DNA of 41,149 nt, from positions 1-41,149 of the forward strand of contig JWZX01003210.1 in NCBI GenBank assembly GCA_001275005.1, given 5' to 3'. The notes under the pieces are model-generated. The model ran no database searches. It saw only the letters and a program-made list of their open reading frames with translations, and was not told the DNA's origin. Position 1 is the stretch's first letter; each line of letters begins with the position of its first letter. The position numbers and the translations under genes are program-made. Below are positions 30,314 through 40,748 of the stretch, piece after piece. Source of the stretch: Chrysochromulina tobinii. Its lineage: Eukaryota.

Positions 30314-33300
30314 ATGCACGTCGCATGTCTCGTTCTCTTGATCACGACCGCGACGGCTCTCGCGCCTTGCGGTTCGCACGCCTCATTGATCGTATCCAAT
30401 GACGGAGGCTCCAACTTCGAAGCGACGCTGCATGTCGCGCGCTGGCAACCGGGCAAGACGGTCGTCCTCGATTTTGGAACGAATGCTATCAGTGTACGGC
30501 CAACTTCTGTGTCGGTGGGTGCGACGCTCTCGATTGAAACCGGATCGCGCGTCGTGGCCTTCCGCCTGGGCATCCCTCCAACCTTGGAGCGTCTCCTCAA
30601 GCTACCAAGCTTCCCTCCGGGCACAATTACATTTCGAGCGGATGGCCTGCCCTCGATGCCAATCATCACGTGCGACCTCGATGCGGGCCTCGCTGCGTAT
30701 TCGCCCTCACCGCCGCCGCCGCCTCCAGCCTGCACCGCGTCCTTCATGTACAAGACGGGCCGGCGCTGGACTGGCGGCTTCGAGGCCTTCGTCACAGTAG
30801 GCAACGCTGGCGTCGCTCCTGGCTTTGCGGTGCAGGTCGACTACCGCAGCGAGCCGGGCCTCCAGATGCTCCAAGCCGACGGTGCAGAGCTCATCTCGTA
30901 CGTGGCGCCCTTCCTGCTGCTGCGCCCGACGCTCACGGACGGCAAGGGTGTGATCACGCTGCGCTTGCGCGGCAGCGGCGGTGGCTCGCCCCAGGTGCTC
31001 TGCGTCCCAGCTCCTCCAGCGCCGCCACCCCCGCCGATCACCTGTGCGCTCGGTGCCTCATGGACGCCTACAAACGATCTCAAAGAAGGGAAGCGATACG
31101 GCGCCACCGTGAGTTTTGAGCGGTGGAAGGCCGGAGTGCGCGTCACGGTGGCTCTCGGCGCCGGTCGCGACGTCATCTCGGTGAGCTCCTCTGTGGTCCT
31201 CGTGTTTCCCACAGTGAGTGATCTAGCCGCACGCCATGCAATCGAGGGCGAGGGCCAGGACGCCGGCCAAGGCGCCGGCCAGCAGGGTTCCGGCCTGGGC
31301 GCCGGTGGCGCTGGTATCGAGAGTGGATGGAGCGGAGGGTCCGAGGGCGCCGGCAGCGATGGTGTGGCGACGGTCGAGCTACTTGAGCGAGTGGGCAGCA
31401 GCAGCGGCGCGGGCAAGAAAGGCGCCTTCAACATCGTCTACAGTGGCGCCAAGGTCACCGCCCCCTTCATCTCATGTTCCTACGTGGCGCCGCCGAGCCC
31501 GCCGCATCCGCCGCCCTACCCTCCATGGCCCGCGTCTGCGCCACTGCGTGACTGCGGCCTCGGTGCAACGTACATCCTCACCAAATCTTTCTCGAAGTCG
31601 TACACAGTGGACGTGGCGCTTAGGGGCTGGAAAGAGGGGGTGACCCTCTACCTAGCCTACAGCCCCGCACCAGGCTCCAATGTGGCCGCGCCAACGGCGG
31701 CCGACGTGACTGATTGTTACGGGTGCGAGGTGGTGGCGGCCGAGTCGGTAGATTCAGTGCTTGCACTTCTCACCACGGGCTCAAGTGGTCTCTCCTCCCA
31801 TTCGAATGGCATTGGCTTCAAGGTTGACATCGCGAATGCCGCGGCGCCCACGACGGCTGCAATCCGATGCCACGCGGTGATGCCGCCACCGCCCTCGCCG
31901 CCGCCGCCGCCCTGGTGCGGCCTGCGGCCGCACTATACTCTCACCGGCCGAAAGGACGACGATAAGGGCCGCAGTGGGCGTGAGGGCTCTCTATTCGAAG
32001 CGGAGGTGAGCTTCGACGTGTGGGAGGCAGGCGCTCAGGTGACGCTCGAGTATTCGTCCGCGTTCAAGGTCGTGTCCGCTTGGTTCGCCAAGCAGACTCT
32101 GTACACGCCCACCTCATCAACGTTTGAGCTGCTGGACTTGCCAACGCCGCCAATGAAGGTGAAGCTCAGCGGGCGTGGAAACGCCGACGTCGTGCCGCTC
32201 ATCGGCTGCACCTCATCTGTCATCTCACCTCCTCGCCCACCTCCCTTACCGCCGCGCCCGCCGCCGCCGCCGCCACGCCCGCCAGGAGGGCCCCCGCCCC
32301 CGCCCGCGCCGCTGCCTCCGCCGTACCACGCAGAGCCGGGCGAACCGCATGCCCCGCGCGCGACAGCGACCTCATGCCACACCGTCGCCCTCGAGTGGGA
32401 GCCGCCGAGTCTCGGCGCCGAGGGGCTGCCAGTGGTGGAGTATGCGGTCATGTACACCGATACGATCACGCACATCGCGTCCGGCGCGGTCGCGAGCCCT
32501 TCCTTCGAGGTGGGCGGGCTCGCTGAGAAGGGCCAATACACGTTCAACTTGCGCGCCCGCAATGCCCGTGGCTGGTCGCCGCCCGGCCAAATGAGCACGC
32601 TCATCACGATGCCCTCGTGCGGTGCCCTCAAGCCACAGCCGCCGGCGAAGCCCACGATCGTGCAGATAGGCTCATGCTCCGTTGGCCTGCGATGGGCTCT
32701 CGTGAGCGGGCGGGCGACTGGCGGCGCGCCGATCCTCGCGTACGAAGCGCGTGCGTGGCCGACGGGGGTGGCGCACGAGAGTCGTAAGATGGTGGCGACC
32801 GATGTGGGCGCCGAGATGGGCGCGACGCTCAGCGAGGCCACAATCTCGCCGTGCGCGTGCGTAACGTCCTCGGATGGTCAGAGCTGTCGGAGACGGTGGT
32901 GGGCCGCACGCCGGCCGCCTCCGACAACCAGAAGCCCTCGCAACCCATGCCGCCGCGGCTGCTCGACCCACAGAATGCGCCCGCGGCGGCGCCCTCGGAC
33001 GCGCCCGCCAGCATACCATCTGCCAAGGGCACGGCTCCAACGCCGCCCGCGCTCGACGCGGCGCTCGACGCGCGAATCGCAGAGCTGCTCGACGCGTGTG
33101 ACGTGGTCGGGATGTGGATGCCAGGCCTACGTGGTGGCTGCGATCAGGATGACCATTTCACACTCGAATGGCGAGTGGGGGGTAGCTGGCAGCCCGTGCC
33201 GCCAGTCGCCATTCTCATTGAGGCTCCTGCGGATCGAGGTGGTGGCGGCGGCGGCACTGGCACTGGCGGTGGTTTGCGATCGCGCGTCGTCGGCGTGCGC

Positions 33301-34119
33301 GTAGGAGATGCGTACAAGGCGAGCACCTTTCGGGTCATCGCACACAATGCCGCGGGCGCTTCGCTGCCCTCATCGCCAACCGAACCGCTGCTGCCGCGCA
33401 CGCACTCGGGCGCATGGACCACCCCGCCCGCCGTCGTCGCCACCTCCTCGGCTTCTTTCCTCGTCACATGGGCCGATGAGAGTAAGTGCCGGCCCGAGCT
33501 CACATGGACTGTGACAGTGTACGGCGCTGCCAAGGCCACCGTCTCGGGCGGTCCACCCACAGGGATGGGGCACGCTGTGGCGCTGGGGGATCAGGCACGT
33601 GTCGCGGCCATTGGCGAAACCGACACGGTCCTTAACGGCGCACCGAACAGCGACAACGACGCTCGCGACGACATTCAGGGGCGTGTGCTCAGCCGGGGTG
33701 CCAAGGGAGCCAGTTTCGCAGCGAACTCTATCCGATGCCCCTCGGCCTGTCGCTTCAGCGTCACGCCCAATCTGGACGAGTTTGGCGGCCATGATGAGTG
33801 GGGCGGTAGTGGGACCACCGTGCGGCAGGCGACTCCACCGAGGGCCGTGCCGGTACTGAGCGTCCCGACGGCCCCTCTGGCGCTCCTCGATCCCTTCCTG
33901 GGAACGATCCGGCTCGAGCTGGAGCTCGCGCGAGATTTCGGAAGCGAGGACCTGCTCCTCGTGCAGCAGGAGCTCCTCGCACAGCTCGCTGTCGTCGTCC
34001 ATGCGCCCGCGGAGCGCCTTCTGATCGCCCAGGCGTACGCTGCCGGAAAGTTCTTCGTGGTCGACGTGCTGCCGAGTACCGATAGCAAGACCGCGAGGGG
34101 AGGAGGGGGCGGAGGAGGG

Positions 34120-34163
<44 letters not shown>

Positions 34164-34686
34164 CGCGAGCGCCGACGAGCTGGTGCAGCAGCTGGTGCAG
34201 GAGGCCTCTGACGTGGCGAGCCCACTCTTTGATCAGCGCGTGCTCGGTCGACTCAACGGTCTCAAGCGCATCGACGGGTACGGTGGCGCGTTGACGGAGG
34301 TTGTGCTGCTGGCTGACGTGCAGTCCGCTGGACTGGGCTATGCCAAGACATCGATCGCCGACGTGCTCAAGCTGGTCGTCTTCGCGGGCGGCGTGCTGCT
34401 CGCTTGCGGGCTGTGTGCGAGCATCCTGTACGGCACTTGCAGGGTCGATGGCTCCCAGCATCCTCAGATCGAGGAACTGCAAAAGGCACACAAGGCAACG
34501 AAGGACAAGGCGAGGCAGCAGCGTGAGCAGGCCTCAGCGGAGGAGAAGCAGTCGCTCGCTATGGCCGTCGATACGGACGAGGCCTTTTTCGCCGCGCTCG
34601 GGCCGAGCTTGACCGCCCCAAACATGGCGCCCATGAGGTCGAGCCGCAGTTGCTCTAGTCGGTCGACGCGTGTAGAACTGGACTGA
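30314..34686 (+). CDS. large type I membrane surface protein: five CBM2-like repeats with poly-Pro linkers, FN3 domains, SEA-like domain, TM; frame break near 32845
   Basis: Signal peptide MHVACLVLLITTATALA; Cys-bounded beta repeats (e.g. CTASFMYKTGRRWTGGFEAFVTV...VLC); FN3 motifs GLAEKGQYTFNLRARNARGWS, VRVRNVLGWS, FRVIAHNAAGAS; TM VLKLVVFAGGVLLACGLCASILYG. Confidence 0.78.
34098..34161. repeat. (GGC/GGA)n poly-Gly coding microsatellite
   Basis: About 21 consecutive Gly codons. Confidence 0.9.
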
Positions 34687-34857
34687 GGGCGATCCAGCGA
34701 CAACTGACAAGGTGCTGTGGACAGCGACACCGCGCCCAAATCCACTTACCGGTAGTAGCAATTATACATAGTATCGAAAGCCGCCGTCATGAGCGTCGTC
34801 AACACAGCGTGTGCTTCACAGCAACAGCACAGCGCTTGATGTAACGACTTGGCAAAA

Positions 34858-37179
34858 ATGGCGCCAATGAATGCCTCGTCGGAGCGCTTCTTCGCTACCA
34901 GGACCGCACAGCGCGACGCTGCCGGCTTTGCTACCGCCTGCCGCCGCCCTGACACGCTCACCGACGCTGCCATTGATGTGCTGTTCACACGCCGCAAGAC
35001 GCTGTCACGAGTCCTCGTCGTCGACGGCCGCTGCCTGTGCAAGAACAATGGCATCGGCAACTTGTTTGGCGATTACGTCACGTGGTTCACGGTCGCCTTG
35101 CTTAGCGACCGCGCGATCTACATCGACTGGACTGATAGCACCATGCCACGTCAGTACCGGCTGGGCAGCACGCACTACGATATGAACACGTGCATGGCGA
35201 GGCGCTCTGGCAACGTGTGCAACCGCGTGGGCCGCCGCTTCGACCTCGGTGCACACTTCAGCGCTATGGACGACGGGCCGACAATGTCTTGGCAGTGGAC
35301 GGAGACGGCGCGCTCACGCGTCGAGGCGATGCACGGCAGCGCGTCCGAGCGCGTTCTGATGGCGCGCAATGCCTCGGATCCGCTTTCGTGTGACGCGCTG
35401 ACGGACAACTTGTTGGGGCCAAGCCCGTGGGTGACGGTCCGCGTGTCCGACGAAACGTCCATCGCGCTCATCCCCCTGTGCATCAGCCTGCGCAAGCGGG
35501 AGCAGCTTGCAGCGAAGGGAGTGGGTGCCACGGAGGTGAAGGCTCATCGGAGAGGGTACCCCGACGCGCACTCCTCCTTTCGGCTGTTCGGGGCGTTTCA
35601 CGCAAATCTCGTGCGCGCCGGACGCACGGAGGCGGCTCGCACACTCGACGAGCAGGTGCTCAGGAGAGCGCAGAAGACCAGTGTAACCGCCGCCGAGCCG
35701 AAGTTCATGCGCATTGGCCAATCTCTGTGGAGCGCACCCCTCGGGCAGGTGTATGATTGGCCAAAGTCAAACGGCGAGTGGAGAGCGACCCTGGTGGCTG
35801 CACTGAGGGCAGAAAGAGGTGTGGGAGTGATATCGCCGTCCCCGTCGCGCAACGGACGTGGGCAGCGCCGACGCAAGGGCGCTCGGGTCTCCTCAGACCC
35901 GCCGGGCAGCCTGGGTGTGGGAGTGGGTGTGGGAGCTTTCGGGCGTGGCGAGCTTCCGGCGCTCGGGATGCTCACCTCGTGCATCTTGCATGCCATGGTG
36001 CGTCCTCGTGGGCACCTTCGCGCCCACCTCACGCCGCTGCTTGAGCGCGTGGGCAGCGCGTCCCTGGTCACCCTCCAGCTGCGCACCGGCTGGGCGGACG
36101 ACACACAGGAGATCGGGCTTCACCTGGCTGAGATGCTCGCCGCACCGCCGGCCGACGTGCAGGCCGCCCTCGTGAGCAAGCCTGAAAGGTCACCTCCCGC
36201 GCGGCTCGCGGGACACCTATATAAAGGGTTCACGCCGTGCCCAGCGAGTGGGGGCCAAGCCAGTTGCCGCGAGCAACGAAAGTTGATGGGACCGTTACGC
36301 TACGTCGCGCCGCTCGCACCTCATTTTGAGGGTACGCCCGCGGCGGTGGCTGCGGCGCGTTGGAGAACGCTCACAGCTACCCCTTGCATGCGGATGAATG
36401 CTGGCGGCGACGGCGCCTACACGCGCCGGCAGAGGAGCCGTGCTGACGAAATCCTGGACGAGTGCCTCTCACCCACGCCCCACGCCCTGTACGGCGCGCT
36501 GCAGGCCCAACTGCAGGCCTCCGAGGCTGTGGATGCGCCACGAGCGCTCCGCGACTTCCGTTCGGGCGTGCGTGACCCTGTGCACCTACCCTATGTCAAC
36601 CAATCCAAGCTTGCGCTCGCGGTCAGCTGCGCCGCGCGGCTGGCCCAGGCACACGCACACGAGCGTGTCTGGCGGCGCGTCGGTGCGGCGCCTCGCTCCT
36701 GGAAGCTCTACGTGAGCAGCGACTCTCCGGCGGTCCGCAGCCTGCTGGAGCAGCTGCCCGAGTTGCGAGGCCACGTGATCGGCTGCTTCCCGCTGCGCTG
36801 CACGCACCCGTCTCTTCGAGGAGGCTCGTGGCGCACGCCTTCGGAGGATCAGACGCTCGCCCTGGCGACTGACTTGTGGATGCTCGGGGCGGCCGACGCG
36901 ACGATGGCCGTCTCCTCGACGACGCTTGTGTATTGGTCCACTCGCTCGCCACCGCGCGACGGGCGCACCCAATGGCTCTCACGATCGCCTGTGCCCACTC
37001 TGGGCAACAAGATGGTGCCCGTGTGCGCCGGCAGCACGCCCACGGATGAGTGCCCGGACGCCAAGCCCAACTACGATCGGTTCTGCTGTGGGAATGACGT
37101 GAGCGGGACACGTTGCCTGGCGATGCGCTTCTCGCTCTTCTCGGAGGCGGCGGCGTTTGCATTTGCACCCGCAGAATAG
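34858..37179 (+). CDS. putative fucosyltransferase-like (GT23/GT37/O-FucT-type GT-B) protein
   Basis: NGIGNLFGDYVTWFTVALLSDRAIYIDW; LVTLQLRTG (the HxR equivalent); LYVSSDS; DLWMLGAAD...SSTT. These motifs are in the order typical of inverting fucosyltransferases. Confidence 0.7.
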   Translation: MAPMNASSERFFATRTAQRDAAGFATACRRPDTLTDAAIDVLFTRRKTLSRVLVVDGRCLCKNNGIGNLFGDYVTWFTVALLSDRAIYIDWTDSTMPRQYRLGSTHYDMNTCMARRSGNVCNRVGRRFDLGAHFSAMDDGPTMSWQWTETARSRVEAMHGSASERVLMARNASDPLSCDALTDNLLGPSPWVTVRVSDETSIALIPLCISLRKREQLAAKGVGATEVKAHRRGYPDAHSSFRLFGAFHANLVRAGRTEAARTLDEQVLRRAQKTSVTAAEPKFMRIGQSLWSAPLGQVYDWPKSNGEWRATLVAALRAERGVGVISPSPSRNGRGQRRRKGARVSSDPPGSLGVGVGVGAFGRGELPALGMLTSCILHAMVRPRGHLRAHLTPLLERVGSASLVTLQLRTGWADDTQEIGLHLAEMLAAPPADVQAALVSKPERSPPARLAGHLYKGFTPCPASGGQASCREQRKLMGPLRYVAPLAPHFEGTPAAVAAARWRTLTATPCMRMNAGGDGAYTRRQRSRADEILDECLSPTPHALYGALQAQLQASEAVDAPRALRDFRSGVRDPVHLPYVNQSKLALAVSCAARLAQAHAHERVWRRVGAAPRSWKLYVSSDSPAVRSLLEQLPELRGHVIGCFPLRCTHPSLRGGSWRTPSEDQTLALATDLWMLGAADATMAVSSTTLVYWSTRSPPRDGRTQWLSRSPVPTLGNKMVPVCAGSTPTDECPDAKPNYDRFCCGNDVSGTRCLAMRFSLFSEAAAFAFAPAE

Positions 37180-37748
37180 TACGGCGAATCCGGGCGGCGT
37201 AACCGAGTCATATTGTACAAAAACACGGTAAGTACATGTAGTGTAGGTGATCCCGTTCCGCTTCCGGCGGGGCGGTGTGCGGGTGTTCTCGCATCTCGGT
37301 GTGTCTGTGCGGTCGGCGTGCGTCGATGGTATGGCAATCTGATCTATCGTATCGGTGAACTACGACCCACGACCCTCCCGGGATGCCGTGCCCGGCGGTG
37401 CCTGGGGACGTCTGGGGCCGAGCCGGACCGGTCACGACCGGACCGTCCCCACGGTTCCCCACGCGCCGGCGCGGCGTGCACGACGGCGACCGCGCTGGCT
37501 TTCGCGGTGGGCGTTTCGGGTGCCTCTATCTTGCTGCACACACCTTTCTACGTAACCAGTGAGACAGTGCCTCTGGCTGACACAGCTTACCTTTACAGTA
37601 CTCAGTCGAGTAAGCTGTGCGGGTGCGGGACGATGTCGTGTCAACGACGAAGCTCGAAGGTGCGCATCCGTCGCCATCCAGCAAACGGAGAACATGTGGA
37701 AGGCGCTCGCTGGCTGCATCACGAAGTAGACTACGCGCGCGCGCGGAT

Positions 37749-38558
37749 CTAGTCGCCAGTGGCGGACGGAGCCCCAAACACCCACTGGAGGAAGTTCTTG
37801 GGAAGCCTCTGCCCGTGTTCGAGCACGGTGACGTTAGTCGCATTGATGCATGCACAGCCGGTGGAGCGCACCACACCCTTAATTTTGGGACGGGAGCCCC
37901 TGAGCTCCTGAGGGCGACGGTCCTTAACTTCGAGGGTACCGATGCAACCGCCACACCAGCAGCCTGGGGACACGAGCACCTCGGGTGGCACGAGCAGATC
38001 GTTGGTGTGGATGCATGCGCACGGCTCGATGCTCATCTGGCGTGTGACTGGCGAGAAGGTCTGGTTTCGTAGATCCATTTTGTTCACAGTGATGCAGCCG
38101 CATGACCGCAACACCGGCGGAAGTTCCCATCGAGCGCCACCGTCAGTCGGAGAGAAGTCGCCGATGCAAGTGCACCAGCACGGATTCATTGGCGGCAGCC
38201 TCTCATTCGCCAATTCTTCCTGATGCCGCTGCTGGTCGCCGATGCGCTGCATCTCAAGTGGGGTTGGCAGCTTGGCCACCGTGTCTGAGTGTTGTAGTCC
38301 CGGGTCCGCTTTGACAGCTGGCATCAGGTAGATGTTCTGAGTGATCTGCGTAACGTGCGTGATGGTGATTTGGGTTGGCGGCTGCAAAACGTGTGCAGGC
38401 ACAATACAAGTGAACATCTGCCCGGGCCCAACGTCTTCAGGCATCGGCACACTTAGCGTCTCGCCAGAGGGCGCGACGACTGCAAACATTTGTCCGCTCT
38501 TCACGCCGGCTGGCGCGATCACGTTGAGGAGAGCCAGAGGCTCGCCCATCGGTAGCAT
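37749..38558 (-). CDS. Cys-rich hypothetical protein with an N-terminal VxxPxGVxxGQxFxV duplicated module
   Basis: VIAPAGVKSGQMFAVVAPSGETLSVPMPEDVGPGQMFTCIVP followed by repeated CxC motifs (CWCTCI, CGCI, CACI, CWCGGCI, CACI). Confidence 0.65.
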   Translation of the reverse strand: MLPMGEPLALLNVIAPAGVKSGQMFAVVAPSGETLSVPMPEDVGPGQMFTCIVPAHVLQPPTQITITHVTQITQNIYLMPAVKADPGLQHSDTVAKLPTPLEMQRIGDQQRHQEELANERLPPMNPCWCTCIGDFSPTDGGARWELPPVLRSCGCITVNKMDLRNQTFSPVTRQMSIEPCACIHTNDLLVPPEVLVSPGCWCGGCIGTLEVKDRRPQELRGSRPKIKGVVRSTGCACINATNVTVLEHGQRLPKNFLQWVFGAPSATGD

Positions 38559-38565
38559 TTCTCGT

Positions 38566-38934
38566 ACCCGGTACCGGTAAAAAGACTTCATTTCGCCGAC
38601 CGCCTTTGAGCAGGCGCGGGGAGGCGCACTGGGAGATCGCGGAGGCAGGGTCGGGTTTGCTGGGGGCGGCCTCTTCTGAGTCGGCTGCGGGGAGCGGTTG
38701 GCTTCGGGCTTGCGGCTGTTGAGTCGGTCGCGGCTTCGGTCGTCGCGCTGACGTGCGGGGTGTTTGTTGTTGGTGGGTTTGGTTGGTTGTGAGATTGGTC
38801 TGTGTGCCTTTGTGCGTCCGCGTGTCCCGTGTGTCCCGTGTGTGTCCCGGCTCCCCCCGGTGTCTTTTTACCGGTAAAAAGACACCGGTGCGGGGGGAGC
38901 CGGGTAAAAAGACACGGGGGGGAGCCGGGACTGT
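38566..38934 (-). mobile_element. MITE-like dispersed repeat, copy 3 (most complete), with an internal 32-bp palindrome
   Basis: Minus strand begins TA|CAGTCCCGG and is homologous to 24177-24515. Perfect palindrome at 38857-38888; GGTAAAAAGAC repeated at both ends. Confidence 0.75.
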
Positions 38935-39012
38935 AGTTTTGAAACGGTTGGAATCCTTCAACGAAAAACACTGGATGTATAACATTGGTGTGAATCGCAC
39001 TTTTAATTAAAA

Positions 39013-40748
39013 ATGGCGAAGTACAACGCCTCCGTCGTCGGCGCGGGCTACTGCGCGCCGACGCTGGCCGACGCTGGCATGTGCGACGCAGGGTGGCAGG
39101 GGTCCTGGGATGGACCCGAGGCGCAAAGCCTTGAACGGTGCGTGCAAAGGTGCTTGGCGTGTGCCCGCTGCAACTTTGTGAGCTACTCGCGCGTCAATCG
39201 CGACTGCAGCTGGCACCACGCCTGCGCGGTCGACTCGCTGAACGACCACGGCGTGGGTGGACCGACGTACACGACCGTTCGTGTGCGCGACGTCAGCATG
39301 GCACTTGCGCCCAACGCTCGCTGCCCACGGGCGGCTGGGCGGCCTGGAAATGGGCGTGCGCTGTTGGACGGCGAGGAGGCCGAGCGGCCGACACGGCGCG
39401 GCCGCGCGGAGACCGTGCACGTCGTCACCTTCTATTCAGAGGGGCCGCCGCACGACCGCGGCAAGCCGCTGAGCGCACACGCCGGCGTGCTCGAGGCAGC
39501 CTTCGCGCCGCACGTGCGCAGCTTTCGGGCGTACAACGCGCGCGAGGTTCGTACGCTACGCCTTCGTACGGGCGAGGCAGGCGCTGACGTCCTGGCAGAG
39601 AGCTCGCACCCAGCGGTGAAGAATCCAGGCCTCGCCGCGCTGGGCCACATGGCCGTCAAGCCCTTCCTCCTCTTGCACCGACTCGAGGTTATCGCTCCTG
39701 GGGACTGGCTCATCTTCCTGGATGTCAATGTGCTCTAATTGCAACTGATTGCTACTGATTGGCTCATCTTCCTGGATGTCAATGTGCTCTAATTGCAACT
39801 GATTGCTCTAATTGCAACTGATTGGCTCATCTTCCTGGATGTCAATGTGCTCCAGCACGCTCTGGCCGGAGATAACGGAGTACACTGAGTGCTCCTGACT
39901 GCCACCGAGTGCCACTGAGTGCTTCCCTCATCAGGTGCTCAAGCACCCGGAGCTGCTCTCGGGCGCGCGACGGCTGAGTGAGACCACCGAGTGGCTGTGG
40001 AACCGGACGCGGCCGTCCGCGGATGTGTTCATGCCTCACGAGGCACCCGGCAAGCTCGTGAAGCACTTTTGCAAGACGCACGCCGTACGCACGGCCTCTG
40101 ATCGCGCCTCTTTGATCGCCTCTGATTGCAACCTGATCGCCTCTAATTGCAACTGATTGGAGCTGATGGGAGCACCCCCTGAGTGCACCTGATTGCACCT
40201 GATTGCCTCTAATTGCAACTGATTGCCCTGGATTGCCCCTGATTGCCCCTGTTGCCATGGCTTGTTGTCCTGATCAGGTGCGGCAGCTCGTCGCCCGCGC
40301 CCACTGGGAGCGAGTGCTCGAGTATCCAATCCATCAGGCGAACCGGATCATCGCACGCAAGGGGGAGTCGGCCCGAGCCTACCTCTACGAGTGGCTTCGC
40401 CTATGTTCCCTTCGCGAGCTCCTCGAGCCGGAGCCGAATCCGGAGCCCCACCCGGAGTTCCAGTGGCATACGCCCGAGCAGTGCCTCTTCTCTCTGCTGG
40501 CGGCGCAGCGCCCCGAGATGTACCAGCGCAACCTCGCCTTCTGTTACCAATTCGTGCCCGGGAGCACGCGAAGCGCCGTGCTGGGCGACGGCGCCGCCTC
40601 TGCAAATTGCCCCAAGCCGAGCTCTGTCGAGATCCGGAGCTGGCTCCCACGACGCGCCTCGAGGCACGGCCGTTGCCTTGTCGTCCAGTGCCCGGAGCTC
40701 CGGACGGCATGCAACCACGCCCACGCACAATTGGCGTGGAGTGCGTAA
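39013..40748 (+). CDS. PAN/Apple-like Cys-rich domain + putative glycosyltransferase; exons 39013-39729, 39935-40084, 40278-40748
   Basis: CVQRCLACARCNFVSYSRVNRDCSW; KPFLLLHRL...GDWLIFLDVN|VLKHPE...KHFCKTHA|VRQL...EWLRLC...FQWHTPEQCLFSLL. Two phase-0 GT-AG introns join three ORFs in frame. Confidence 0.75.
39730..39934 (+). repeat. intron 1, containing tandem copies of the exon end plus CTAATTGCAACTGATTG repeats
   Basis: 30-mer TGGCTCATCTTCCTGGATGTCAATGTGCTC at 39706, 39760 and 39823; ends CCCTCATCAG. Confidence 0.8.
40085..40277 (+). repeat. intron 2, composed of CTGATTGC/CTCTAATTGCAACTGATT satellite units
   Basis: GTACGC...CCTGATCAG with many 9-10 nt degenerate units; shares the motif with intron 1. 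Confidence 0.8.

Noticed and set aside
37200..37620. Intergenic stretch with a transposon-like look and a 179-aa ORF
   Set aside because: No second copy, termini or domain visible in the window.
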